Made by a program: the position numbers and the translations under genes. From a phage: a stretch of 64,000 nt of DNA. Shown in pieces: positions 40,660 through 49,913 of the stretch (position 1 is its first letter; the number at the start of each line of letters is the position of its first letter). The DNA is taken from the sequence record PZ445432.1; one strand, 5' to 3'. The notes beneath the pieces were generated by a model, which saw nothing but the letters and a program-made list of their open reading frames with translations, did not search any database and was not told the DNA's origin.

Positions 40660-41434
40660 TATTATTTTTCTCCAATAGTTCTTTAATCGACAGGATTTCT
40701 ATCCCATTCGTTTCGGCTTTCTTATAAGATGAGGAAGAACGCTTCGATTCATCCTCACAGATTAGGTATTTGACGTCTTTGGTAACGGATTTCTTAACCG
40801 TATATCCTAGACCTTCTAAATAGTTTGTTGCATCCGTTCTATTTGCAAAATCTTGCAAAGATCCGGTAATACATACCGCGATTCCATTTGGCTGGGCAGC
40901 TAATTCATCCGTAGTGATAATATTAGCTTTAGTGCCCTTAATACCAGTTGAGAATTTCCACGGTAGTTCGATAACATCCTTGCCTTGTGGGGAATTTAGC
41001 CAGGCTTTGTAATTTTCTCCAGCCTTGCCGTCAGCCTTCACATCATGGAAGCTAGTGCAATTTTGGGATAATTTCTTTGCTGCAACCTCTCCAATTAGAG
41101 GGATTCCTAAAGAACCGAGAACTGAACCAAAGTCAATGTCTCCGCGAACTTTAGTATTTAATTCGCTAGTTAACTTAGCGGCAACCTTGCTACCCACGGC
41201 TCTAACCAAATCTTCTTCGGTTAGGTAAAATAGTTCTGAAATCTTCGTCAGCTCCAGCTTCTCAATAGTTTTTGGGCCAAAGCCCTTTAACTTCATTTTT
41301 GAACAGAAGTTCTCAATTAACTTGCTTGATTGCGCTGGACAGTTGGACTTATTACGACAGAATAATTGTCCGTTGACAAGATCTAGCTTAGAACCACAAG
41401 AGGGACATTGTGTTGGAATTTCGATTTTCATCAA
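40652..41434 (-). CDS. NAD-dependent DNA ligase, C-terminal part (Zn finger, HhH, BRCT)
   Basis: CPSCGSKLDLVNGQLFCRNKSNC zinc finger, HhH-type GIPLIGEVAAKKL, BRCT-like C-terminus. Confidence 0.8.
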   Translation of the reverse strand: MMKIEIPTQCPSCGSKLDLVNGQLFCRNKSNCPAQSSKLIENFCSKMKLKGFGPKTIEKLELTKISELFYLTEEDLVRAVGSKVAAKLTSELNTKVRGDIDFGSVLGSLGIPLIGEVAAKKLSQNCTSFHDVKADGKAGENYKAWLNSPQGKDVIELPWKFSTGIKGTKANIITTDELAAQPNGIAVCITGSLQDFANRTDATNYLEGLGYTVKKSVTKDVKYLICEDESKRSSSSYKKAETNGIEILSIKELLEKNNNV

Positions 41435-41461
41435 ATTTCTTCCTTATCAATTTATATAAAT

Positions 41462-41490
41462 ATTATAGCAAGTATTTAAGCATTTAGCAA
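41462..41490 (-). promoter_or_regulatory. early promoter TTGCTA-17-TATAAT inside the spacer between the two ligase genes
   Basis: hexamers read on the minus strand; leader ATTTATATAAATTGATAAGGAAG. Confidence 0.6.
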
Positions 41491-41633
41491 CTACAATTTT
41501 AATTAACTTTGCTTACCCTCGCCATAACTTTCTATCCCTCAACTGAATGATAATAGTATATACCTAAGCGGCGAAAATGTCAATAACCACTTTATAATTC
41601 CGATATGGTAGATGGGTAGCAAAGGGTTATGTA

Positions 41634-42605
41634 TTAATCGTATACTCGCTCTACTATGCACGGGATTACACCACCAGCACGAATCACTCGAATCTGGCAA
41701 CCGATCTCTAGATCGAGAGAGTTAATATAATCAACGTTATTAAGAGTTGCTTTAACAATTGTAGCATCATCAATAATTACCGGTTCAAAATAACCAACTG
41801 GAGTTACTTTACCCGAAGCCCCCACCTGCCATTCAACTTTAGTAAGAGTTGTAATCTCGCCTTCTTCATCCTCTTTAATAGCGAATGCTCCACGAGGGAA
41901 TTTATTAGTCCAGCCTTCACGGAAGAATTTGTTGTTATCATTAATACGAACAACTTTACCGTCCGTCGGAATCCATTTAAAGAAGGAACGCACATTAACA
42001 ACTGTTAAGAAGTTCTCATTCTCCAGCCAAAGCATATCTTTTAAGTATGATTCTGTAATACCTACAGATTCAGCAGAACACTGGATACCATATGCAACGA
42101 AGATTAAACCACCTTCCCCAATGCGTTGTACGAAATCATCACTATCTTTGAGGTTAATAGCACCAGAGGCAAAGTTACGTTTATTTTCTACTTCTTTTGT
42201 AATTAGAACTTCACCAGTTATTTGAGTAGGTACTTTTTGGGAAATCTTTTTAGGAATATTCAGCAATCTTACGTTGCTTGTGACATCATTCCCTAGAATA
42301 CCGTTACCACGAGTTAGTGCTTGAACAAATTCGCCGTTAATATACAGCAGAGAAATTGCACAACCATCTAACTTATCGGTTTCCACCTGACCTAAAGGAT
42401 TGAATGGTGGTTTATCACCACGGTTATAGTAAACTTTCTGTAAAGAATACATACGATATAGATGTGGAATATCACCCTTAGGCCCGATCTCTTCCTCTAA
42501 TGGGAAGCGTTTTACCAGACGATCATATTCTTCATCAGAGATTAAAGACATTCCCTGGTAATATGCTTCTTGGCAACGTTTAATAAAGTCTTTTACATTA
42601 GTCAT
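41634..42605 (-). CDS. NAD-dependent DNA ligase, N-terminal part (adenylation + OB domains)
   Basis: ETDKLDG KxDG adenylation motif; NAD-ligase Ia-like N-terminus. Confidence 0.8.
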   Translation of the reverse strand: MTNVKDFIKRCQEAYYQGMSLISDEEYDRLVKRFPLEEEIGPKGDIPHLYRMYSLQKVYYNRGDKPPFNPLGQVETDKLDGCAISLLYINGEFVQALTRGNGILGNDVTSNVRLLNIPKKISQKVPTQITGEVLITKEVENKRNFASGAINLKDSDDFVQRIGEGGLIFVAYGIQCSAESVGITESYLKDMLWLENENFLTVVNVRSFFKWIPTDGKVVRINDNNKFFREGWTNKFPRGAFAIKEDEEGEITTLTKVEWQVGASGKVTPVGYFEPVIIDDATIVKATLNNVDYINSLDLEIGCQIRVIRAGGVIPCIVERVYD

Positions 42606-42878
42606 TTATTCTGCCTCATAGTACGTGGGTTGTCTGGTAGATCCGTGCCACGTATAATTTTTGCAAAGATGCAAATATGTAGTTTTTACTAGCCTATCCG
42701 ATAATGGAGAGTATATTTCAGCTATTAATACTTCTTTTTCGTAATAAAGTGAAATCAGTTTATACCCAGCTCTAGTTTTAGTATACTTTTCCCCATTAAT
42801 CTTTTCCTCCCACATGAGTATGAGAGGCTGTCCGATATATGGAAAAGGTTTAAGTGTACTTATATGTATCTTTTTCAC
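42606..42878 (-). CDS. hypothetical protein (GTG start)
   Basis: 90-aa ORF with GAGAGGG RBS after a promoter-leader cassette. Confidence 0.45.
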   Translation of the reverse strand: MKKIHISTLKPFPYIGQPLILMWEEKINGEKYTKTRAGYKLISLYYEKEVLIAEIYSPLSDRLVKTTYLHLCKNYTWHGSTRQPTYYEAE

Positions 42879-42908
42879 TTTGCAACCCTCTCATTAATTT
42901 ATATAAAT

Positions 42909-42937
42909 ATTATATAACAAAACTGAGTTGAAAGCAA
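42909..42937 (-). promoter_or_regulatory. early promoter TTGCTT-17-TATAAT
   Basis: hexamers read on the minus strand. Confidence 0.6.
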
Positions 42938-42964
42938 ATACATTTATAAAGAAAAAGCCAAGAA

Positions 42965-43273
42965 CTAGGCATTCTTGGCTTTGAGTTCTTCAGCTCGTTT
43001 CTGTACTTCATGTAAAACCTCAGATTCGCTAAGAATCTGTGTAAACGCATAGAAAAGCTGTGATGTTGTTTCTAGGGTGTAAGGAAAAGAGAAGCCAGAT
43101 TTCGTTGGAAACCATTCATCATTAATATCAAGAAGCCAGTAACGAATACCCATGTATAGATTCCCACGAAATTCAGATACTGTTAATCTTACTTGTTCCC
43201 CCTCCCTCTCCCAAAGTATGATGGACTGGTCATCAACGTGTCCTTCATAGTTTTGATTTACCTGTTCGCTCAT
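42965..43273 (-). CDS. PC4-like ssDNA-binding protein
   Basis: VRLTVSEFRGNLYMGIRYWLLD...PTKSGFSFP matches the PC4/Sub1 core (compared from memory with the human PC4 motif). Confidence 0.65.
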   Translation of the reverse strand: MSEQVNQNYEGHVDDQSIILWEREGEQVRLTVSEFRGNLYMGIRYWLLDINDEWFPTKSGFSFPYTLETTSQLFYAFTQILSESEVLHEVQKRAEELKAKNA

Positions 43274-43323
43274 TTACATATCCCAAATACACAAAAAGCC
43301 CCATATAGGGGCTAATTGTTTTC

Positions 43324-43620
43324 TTATCGGCCTACTGGAGAAGCACGATCTAACTCTGATTGGAGGCTAGTCACACGACGAACTTTCTCAACAGGAATAA
43401 AACGGAAGCTATCATTAGTACGAGAGAAGACAAGGATTTCGTCATCTTTTGGTTGACGGATACGTTCGCGTTTAATACGCTCCGCCAGATATTTATCTTG
43501 GGCCGGATCAAATTCCATTGTACCCTGAAGATATGTGGTTCCTTTCTGACGAAGTTTCTCGTAATGAAGATAAAACTCACCAAATTTTTCACACTGTGCA
43601 ATAATTTCAGCTTTAGTCAT
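43324..43620 (-). CDS. hypothetical protein
   Basis: 98-aa ORF. Confidence 0.45.
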   Translation of the reverse strand: MTKAEIIAQCEKFGEFYLHYEKLRQKGTTYLQGTMEFDPAQDKYLAERIKRERIRQPKDDEILVFSRTNDSFRFIPVEKVRRVTSLQSELDRASPVGR

Positions 43621-43656
43621 AGCTATAGTTCCTTTTGTTGGTGGATTTATCTAAAA

Positions 43657-44067
43657 TTATTTAGTGATGGCTCGAATTGCTTCTGCCAGATGAGCAGCCG
43701 CTTTACCGGTCAGTTTGTCGATAATTGCATCATCCAGAAAATCTGGTGCTAAGCCAGCGTCAGAGAATGCTGAGCGAAGGTCAGCATGAGCTTGGGCTTT
43801 GGAGGTACGAGAACCACCAGAGGCTTTTTCTGCAGTAGATGCGCTAGATTTAGAAGCAGAGCCAGCAGCTTTCTTGATATACACACCTGCTTTAGTCAGC
43901 TTCATACGAAAACCGTTCGGAGTTACACCATTTTCCTGGGCAATTTCGCTAACAATTTCCATGCTAACATTCGGACGTTCATCCTCTGGGAATTGCTCCA
44001 TACGAGCAACGTATTCGGAAGACATTTTTTCGAACAGTTCATCAGTCCACTGAGTTGGAGTAGTCAT
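43657..44067 (-). CDS. hypothetical Ala/Ser/Lys-rich protein
   Basis: 136 aa; own promoter; high-expression codons. Confidence 0.5.
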   Translation of the reverse strand: MTTPTQWTDELFEKMSSEYVARMEQFPEDERPNVSMEIVSEIAQENGVTPNGFRMKLTKAGVYIKKAAGSASKSSASTAEKASGGSRTSKAQAHADLRSAFSDAGLAPDFLDDAIIDKLTGKAAAHLAEAIRAITK

Positions 44068-44124
44068 ATTTTATATTTCCTTAATTAAGAATTAAACAGA
44101 ATAGTTCTTTCAAACTATGAGAAT

Positions 44125-44153
44125 ATTATATCAAGAATTATAGGATTAAGCAA
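44125..44153 (-). promoter_or_regulatory. early promoter TTGCTT-17-TATAAT
   Basis: hexamers read on the minus strand. Confidence 0.55.
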
Positions 44154-44170
44154 CTGAAATTTTTAAGTAG

Positions 44171-44446
44171 TTACTCCACCAGGCCAACAGCGAGCATATC
44201 ATCAATGCTGGCAACCTCCCAATCGTCCGCAATAGCTTCGCATACTGTTAATGAAACAACCTCGCTATATGGATAGTTACCGGCTACCCAGGTATGCTGA
44301 GTAGCTACATCTGAGTCAGCATCTAAAGTTAATAACACTAAGCCGTTATTATCGTTATCCCAGCTTCTACGATATAGCGTTTTTACTTCCCCATCTTTAA
44401 GTAAATCAGTTAGTCTACTCACTACGTTTTCCTTTTTCTTTATCAA
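44171..44446 (-). CDS. hypothetical protein
   Basis: 91-aa ORF. Confidence 0.4.
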   Translation of the reverse strand: MIKKKENVVSRLTDLLKDGEVKTLYRRSWDNDNNGLVLLTLDADSDVATQHTWVAGNYPYSEVVSLTVCEAIADDWEVASIDDMLAVGLVE

Positions 44447-45119
44447 GTTTCAAGGCAGCCTTAACAGCTTCGTTAATCAGTGTGATAACTTCTTCCCGGG
44501 ACCATTTATACCCCAGAGATTTTACGTCTACCCCCAGCTTTTCCAGATGCTTTACAGAAGCCAATTCATAATTCATATAATGAACGTTCTGTTGTTTGCC
44601 TTCTGATAGAAGCCATACACGGTAGCAACCAACAGGATTATCCATTGCTTTTTTGATTTCACCGATACACTGGTATCCAGGAACCCAAACAAGCTCACCT
44701 ACCTCAAATTCTTCTGCTACAGCATCATCAGGAATAATTGGTGGATTCAATGGATCTACAATATCATTCAAACGAAGCAGAGCACCATATCGTTCCAGAA
44801 CAGATTTAACCATTGCTACAGAGCGGTAATTACGATCGGCAATCTCTTCAAAAGAATCGCCAGATAGATACTGTTCAATAACGTTGGCTAACTCAATACC
44901 TTCAATGAGTGTACCACGTTTCTTTTTCTTCATTTCGGCAACTTGAATCTGGCGGTCTTGCCACTCTTCAATCATCCTTTCCATAGTTGGATTGGATGAT
45001 ACACCGAGCATTTCACATGCTGCTTTCTTAGTACCACCGTTCTCCAGATGCTCTATAACTTTTTTAAAGACTTCATCCGGGATTTCATGGATGTGTTTCT
45101 TTCTGCGAGAACCAGCCAT
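44415..45119 (-). CDS. putative HTH DNA-binding regulator
   Basis: N-terminal GGTKKAACEMLGVSSNPTMERMIEEW helix-turn-helix-like segment. Confidence 0.5.
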   Translation of the reverse strand: MAGSRRKKHIHEIPDEVFKKVIEHLENGGTKKAACEMLGVSSNPTMERMIEEWQDRQIQVAEMKKKKRGTLIEGIELANVIEQYLSGDSFEEIADRNYRSVAMVKSVLERYGALLRLNDIVDPLNPPIIPDDAVAEEFEVGELVWVPGYQCIGEIKKAMDNPVGCYRVWLLSEGKQQNVHYMNYELASVKHLEKLGVDVKSLGYKWSREEVITLINEAVKAALKLDKEKGKRSE

Positions 45120-45150
45120 ATTTAAACTCCTCTCTCAAATTTATGAATCT

Positions 45151-45179
45151 ATTATACAGAAAAATTTTCCTGAAAGCAA
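45151..45179 (-). promoter_or_regulatory. early promoter TTGCTT-17-TATAAT
   Basis: hexamers read on the minus strand; leader AGATTCATAAATTTGAGAGAGGAG ending in the RBS. Confidence 0.6.
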
Positions 45180-45188
45180 ATAAATTTT

Positions 45189-45431
45189 TTATGATTCTTT
45201 GAGCAAAGAAGAAAGTTCAGCATATACTTTATCTAACTCAAACCCTATGCGAAGAGATACGTTAGTCCTCCGTTGTTTAAGTAACCACTCGGATATGTTA
45301 GGGATGCCAGCTAGTCTAGCAGGAACCACCCTACATAGCTTCTCCGAAGTATCATAAACAGGGACTTTACGTTCTTTTACTGGAAACTTCCTTGTTTCCC
45401 ATTTTTTATTCTTCACTGTCATTTCTAGCAC
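45189..45431 (-). CDS. hypothetical protein
   Basis: 80-aa basic ORF. Confidence 0.4.
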   Translation of the reverse strand: MLEMTVKNKKWETRKFPVKERKVPVYDTSEKLCRVVPARLAGIPNISEWLLKQRRTNVSLRIGFELDKVYAELSSLLKES

Positions 45432-48195
45432 CTAGCTCTGACATTGCTTCTTCTGCCATAGCCTTCTCTTCCTCTGTCATGAATTTGAAAGGAATTGGCA
45501 TACACTCGATTTTACAATAGGTTCTGTACCAGTCTACGATATTCTCCGTGTTCATATCTTTACCAATACCCATCATACCAAGATACATTCTAGCATATTT
45601 TGGGTTAGCACTCTGGCCTGTTTTAAGGAAGAAATCCTTTTTCTTACCTTTTAGAGCTTCTATGAATGGTTTAATGGTTACATTTGAACACTTCTTAATG
45701 TCTTCCCAGAACATCTCGTGCATCTTATGAAAGAATGCAGCTCGATCATTTGGTTTATCTTTGATATATTGTTCAACATGCTCAACTGTTACATCTTTAA
45801 TAGACTCAAGATGATAATAGCGAACAATAAGTAGTTTAGCTTCATACGCATCAGCATGACGTGGAGCACAATAATCCGGAGTTGAATGTAGAATAGCTTT
45901 GATTCGCTCTTCTGTGTACTCTTTACCAGCACCTTCAATAGTTCCCCAGCTTTCACTGAAAATATCAATAGTTGCACCCTGATCAAGCAAGTAATAACGT
46001 AAAGTACTAGTATAGTTCCTAGATTCCAGCTCCCTGCGACGTGCGTATAATTGCTGTGCTAACTCCAGCCAACCCTCATCAATGTTATACTGTTCAGAAC
46101 CTGCGGAGAATCCACTCGTAGATTTATCAATAAAATAATAAATGTTCTGAGCGCCACGGTCGCGCCTGATTGCTTGGAAACGCATGTTTGGCGCTTGATT
46201 ACTGGTTCTAGTAATAACAAATACGTTATCAAAATAGTTGAAGTCAACTCCACTCGTTACGGATGGACTACATAATAAGCAATCAATTTGTTGATCAATT
46301 AGCTCATTAGTTGTGTAATCCAGAATACGTCTAATATCCACATCTGATGTGGAGTTTGAGTGGATTTCCTTAACTAACGCACCAGTATTACGACGTAGTG
46401 CCATGCCCTTCTCATTCAGCTCATCAGGGCCACAATCAGATACTAGAATAGATTTCTCACCCATCTCTAGAGAAGTCTGAAGTGCAACCCAAATACTGGA
46501 TTCATCGGGGAACTCATAAGCGTGAGCTTTTGACAGCATTTTACGGTGATGATTATAAAATGCTACTGGTTTATCGAACTCAATCAAAGAACCATATGCT
46601 TCAATTGTTTCAGCACTAATATCACCATCGGATAGTATAATGATTTTTGCAGTTGCAAGAATATCACGAAGAACCTGAATACACTCGCGACGTTGCTTAA
46701 CAACTGGGGCGAATAATAGGTCATTCATTACTGCATCACATTCATCGATAAAGATTGCATCAATTTGACCAATAAAACTCTTAAACTTATGTAAAGAGTG
46801 GATAGTTGTGGACATACGGTCAATAGCACCACGCTTAAAATTAAGCATATCTACAGACTTATCATATTGTCCTGCACTAAATTTCTTGGCATTTGAAGAC
46901 ACCAGTGCCCTAGTATTGGTAATTGCTAAGAAATTACCTTTAATAACTCCTGAATCTAACCAACGCACAACTGCCGTGGTTTTACCTGTACCTAGACTTG
47001 CTTTTACAAAAGTCATATAACCTTCTGGTGGTACAGTGTTTAATTTCAAGAAGTTATCAGTTTCTAGAGAATTAGTTTCTAATTTTTTAAGTGGAACACC
47101 TTTTAATACTTCTGGGATCTCACGCTTAGAGTTATTAACAAAGGCTTTTAATGCCTGTTTTCGACCGTTATTAAAATAATCTTGAATATTACGACTATTA
47201 TCTTTAGTTGCAATATACTCAGATAAAGCTGGGCGGATCTCCTTCTCTAGCCAACCAAAATCTACACCATCCTCTAACGCTCGGTGATATAGCTTTGGAA
47301 TAATACGTAGATATACACCATCCTCAGCCTCTTCTAACTCGCTAATGGTTTCTTCTACTTTATCAGAAGCAATCTTTTTGCCTTTAATTTGATCGAGTAA
47401 AGAGTAGAATTCCTCTTTAAACTCCCCTCTAGTTGTTTCATAGTCAACCAGATTATTAGGTAAATTTACTTTAGAACCCTTAACAAATACCAGACGTGAA
47501 GCACCCTCCGCTTTAAACGGATCAACTATACCATCAGTAAATAAAGGATCTGCAAAGTAATGGAGCTGTACGGAAGAGTAATAAGCTAAGTCGGCAATAT
47601 CAAAGCCATACTTTTGTCTACTACTTTCATTGATAGATGTAAATAAGAACTTGATCTGACCCTGTGTAACTTTAACATTAGATTCTAGTATTAAGTGCAT
47701 TCGGATACCTGGTTTTAGTCCAGCCGAAGACGATGCATGAGCAATAAACCCTGCATCAAGAGGAAACATATCCTCACTAATACTATTCAACATTCTAATA
47801 ATATGACGCGCCATGCCAACAAGATCAAACTTGTTACAACCTCCTGTATCTACAATACCATCCACGTCCATTGCAATTATATGACTTGGGTTAGATACAT
47901 TAAAGTTGTCCTTCTTACGCCGCACATTATTTTTAGGTGCAAGACATCGACCTCGTACCGCAACGATATGGGGGTCAGACGTTAAACGTCTCATAAGAGG
48001 GAGCATTTCTACTAGGGTTTGAGGATCAACTTCATCAATTACATCAAACTTGAAGGGCATTGAAGCTGGTTTACCTTCAGGATGCTTTGAGGAAAATCTT
48101 TTAGCAAAAAGATAATCTTCTGCTTTAACTTCTCGCCAATTGCCCGTGGCTAAATCGCGATGAAATCCTGCATGACCTTGTAGGATTGAGAACAC
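45406..48195 (-). CDS. replication origin-binding protein-like SF2 helicase (herpesvirus UL9-type)
   Basis: Walker A GTGKTT, Walker B DECD and downstream helicase motifs; start placed at GTG 48195 (GGAG 8 nt upstream); the ORF is open to 48393 but that extra N-terminal stretch is hydrophobic and has no RBS. Confidence 0.7.
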   Translation of the reverse strand: MFSILQGHAGFHRDLATGNWREVKAEDYLFAKRFSSKHPEGKPASMPFKFDVIDEVDPQTLVEMLPLMRRLTSDPHIVAVRGRCLAPKNNVRRKKDNFNVSNPSHIIAMDVDGIVDTGGCNKFDLVGMARHIIRMLNSISEDMFPLDAGFIAHASSSAGLKPGIRMHLILESNVKVTQGQIKFLFTSINESSRQKYGFDIADLAYYSSVQLHYFADPLFTDGIVDPFKAEGASRLVFVKGSKVNLPNNLVDYETTRGEFKEEFYSLLDQIKGKKIASDKVEETISELEEAEDGVYLRIIPKLYHRALEDGVDFGWLEKEIRPALSEYIATKDNSRNIQDYFNNGRKQALKAFVNNSKREIPEVLKGVPLKKLETNSLETDNFLKLNTVPPEGYMTFVKASLGTGKTTAVVRWLDSGVIKGNFLAITNTRALVSSNAKKFSAGQYDKSVDMLNFKRGAIDRMSTTIHSLHKFKSFIGQIDAIFIDECDAVMNDLLFAPVVKQRRECIQVLRDILATAKIIILSDGDISAETIEAYGSLIEFDKPVAFYNHHRKMLSKAHAYEFPDESSIWVALQTSLEMGEKSILVSDCGPDELNEKGMALRRNTGALVKEIHSNSTSDVDIRRILDYTTNELIDQQIDCLLCSPSVTSGVDFNYFDNVFVITRTSNQAPNMRFQAIRRDRGAQNIYYFIDKSTSGFSAGSEQYNIDEGWLELAQQLYARRRELESRNYTSTLRYYLLDQGATIDIFSESWGTIEGAGKEYTEERIKAILHSTPDYCAPRHADAYEAKLLIVRYYHLESIKDVTVEHVEQYIKDKPNDRAAFFHKMHEMFWEDIKKCSNVTIKPFIEALKGKKKDFFLKTGQSANPKYARMYLGMMGIGKDMNTENIVDWYRTYCKIECMPIPFKFMTEEEKAMAEEAMSELGARNDSEE

Positions 48196-48791
48196 AACAA
48201 TACTCCTGTGTTGGAAATGAAATAAGTTTTCTTTAGGACTATTCAGAAAGAATAGAACAACTGTTACTGTCAATTTCTCAACAATTAATCGCAAATACTG
48301 AAGTGGGGTGGCAACTTCCACTTTCACGCTGCGCTGCTGCCTCATTATACCGCACAAATCCTTGAGGATGGCCGCTAAGCCGGATTTGCTCACCTAATGC
48401 TTCATATACTAGCTCATACTAGATGCAATATAACTTACAGAATCACGTCTCGGTAGTTTTTCACTCCTCCCATCTCACTTCACAACCACCTCATACTAGG
48501 TTGCTTCGAGGCCTTACCAGGGTTCCTATGGGACGCAGATCGCTAAGTATTCTATTAACTATTTGTTTAAAAACTAACACGTAACAGTTAAAACAACCCT
48601 TAATGGGGCAGCCTAACTGTTCCGTATCGCGGATTGTAAACAAGAAAAAACTTTTTCGTAAAGCTCTAGCAACGTACCTTATGCAGCTATTTACGGGTCA
48701 TCGATTCCTCTCGCCGTAAATCCATTGTCAGCTTCACTAAGAAAAATTAGCAAAATCAATTTTTACTAATGTCTCTCAATTCAATATAAAT

Positions 48792-48820
48792 ATTATAGCA
48801 AGATTTTGAGCATCATGCAA
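48792..48820 (-). promoter_or_regulatory. early promoter TTGCAT-17-TATAAT
   Basis: hexamers read on the minus strand; about 600 nt upstream of the helicase start. Confidence 0.55.
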
Positions 48821-48896
48821 GTAAATTTTTAAGGAGAATGCTATCAGTGTCTTTGAGCACAGTGAAAACCGAGCCAAAATGACTCGGTTATGTGGA

Positions 48897-49091
48897 TTAG
48901 ACACTTAAAATACTTCTAATCTCTTCTATATACTTATCTACTTTTTTAGCATCTATTTTACTTAGTTTTCCTATATCAAAATCAGGATCAGTCAAATATC
49001 TTGCCATAAATTTTACTTGTTTAGCTGAAAGTTGACCCTTATTCCACTTTTTAATTTTACCATAACATACCCAATATTCTTTATTCATCAT
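48897..49091 (-). CDS. hypothetical small Lys-rich protein
   Basis: 64-aa ORF. Confidence 0.35.
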   Translation of the reverse strand: MMNKEYWVCYGKIKKWNKGQLSAKQVKFMARYLTDPDFDIGKLSKIDAKKVDKYIEEIRSILSV

Positions 49092-49473
49092 TTAGTCCCG
49101 AAACATAAATCCCAACACGGTTTAATTGTTCTTTGGCTTCTTTGAGAATATCTGGAGTGTACTCCCAAATATCATCTTCCACCTGTAAAAGATGGGGCGA
49201 ACAACCGTCATCGGGCACACGACATATGGCCAAACCACGTGGATGGAACAAAGAGAAATTTAGTGCAACAATTAAACCCATAGCAGACAACTCATTCCAA
49301 TCCAATTCCCATTCCCTAGCGTAGCCTGATAGGAAAACACCAATACAGGGATCGTCTATTTGCTGCTCCGGAAAAGTAAAGGAGGCTTGTCTTACCCCCA
49401 ACCAACGTTGTAGCAGCTTCTCCGCACGCTTCACCAAACTAGGATCAATCTGACGCCAATATACTTGTTCCAT
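49081..49473 (-). CDS. hypothetical protein, paralog A of a tandem pair
   Basis: shares DDPCIG...W.EL..MGL..ALN..LF.P core with the adjacent ORF. Confidence 0.55.
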   Translation of the reverse strand: MEQVYWRQIDPSLVKRAEKLLQRWLGVRQASFTFPEQQIDDPCIGVFLSGYAREWELDWNELSAMGLIVALNFSLFHPRGLAICRVPDDGCSPHLLQVEDDIWEYTPDILKEAKEQLNRVGIYVSGLNDE

Positions 49474-49482
49474 TGTGCCACC

Positions 49483-49911
49483 TTAGGCAGTTAAACCAGG
49501 AATTTGATAACCAAAACGACGAAGTTTCTGGATACCATCATTTACTTCTTCCGGTGAGTAAGACCAACCGTAATGTTCATCAACTTGAAAGCCAGGAGAT
49601 TCACTGGTTTTATAGTTAACAACAATACGGTGTTTATTGGGCATAAATAGCTTATAGTTTAATGCAAAAACCAACCCCATTTCATCCAGCTCTTTCCAGC
49701 CGACAATCTCTTCCAGACCATCCTCTACCTGCACAACTAGACCAATACACGGGGCCTCATCAATATCATCTTTAAAAGCAAAGGAGATTTCATTATTTTC
49801 ACACCATATTTTCAAGGAGTTAATAGTCTCATTATACAGGCTAGCTGGGAGAGTACGCCAGAAGTTAACCAAAATTGGATTAGCTTCTTTAGAGAATACA
49901 TTATTGAACAT
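49483..49911 (-). CDS. hypothetical protein, paralog B of a tandem pair
   Basis: shares EAPCIG...WKELDEMGLVFALNYKLFMP core with the adjacent ORF. Confidence 0.55.
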   Translation of the reverse strand: MFNNVFSKEANPILVNFWRTLPASLYNETINSLKIWCENNEISFAFKDDIDEAPCIGLVVQVEDGLEEIVGWKELDEMGLVFALNYKLFMPNKHRIVVNYKTSESPGFQVDEHYGWSYSPEEVNDGIQKLRRFGYQIPGLTA

Positions 49912-49913
49912 AT

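Noticed and set aside
40177-40686. 169-aa plus-strand ORF opposite the D5-like gene
   Set aside because: Antisense shadow ORF; Ser/Phe-rich translation typical of the reverse strand of an Ala/Lys-rich gene.
48196-48393. N-terminal 66-codon extension of the origin-binding helicase ORF
   Set aside because: The extension is hydrophobic and low-complexity (VVLFFLNSPKENLFHF...), with no RBS at 48393. A GTG with GGAG 8 nt upstream at 48195 is a better start.
48394-48896. Possible tRNA gene in the long non-coding region
   Set aside because: No cloverleaf-compatible segment with T-loop-like GTTCRANYC or acceptor-stem complementarity could be recognised by eye. The region is kept as an unexplained leader in the findings.
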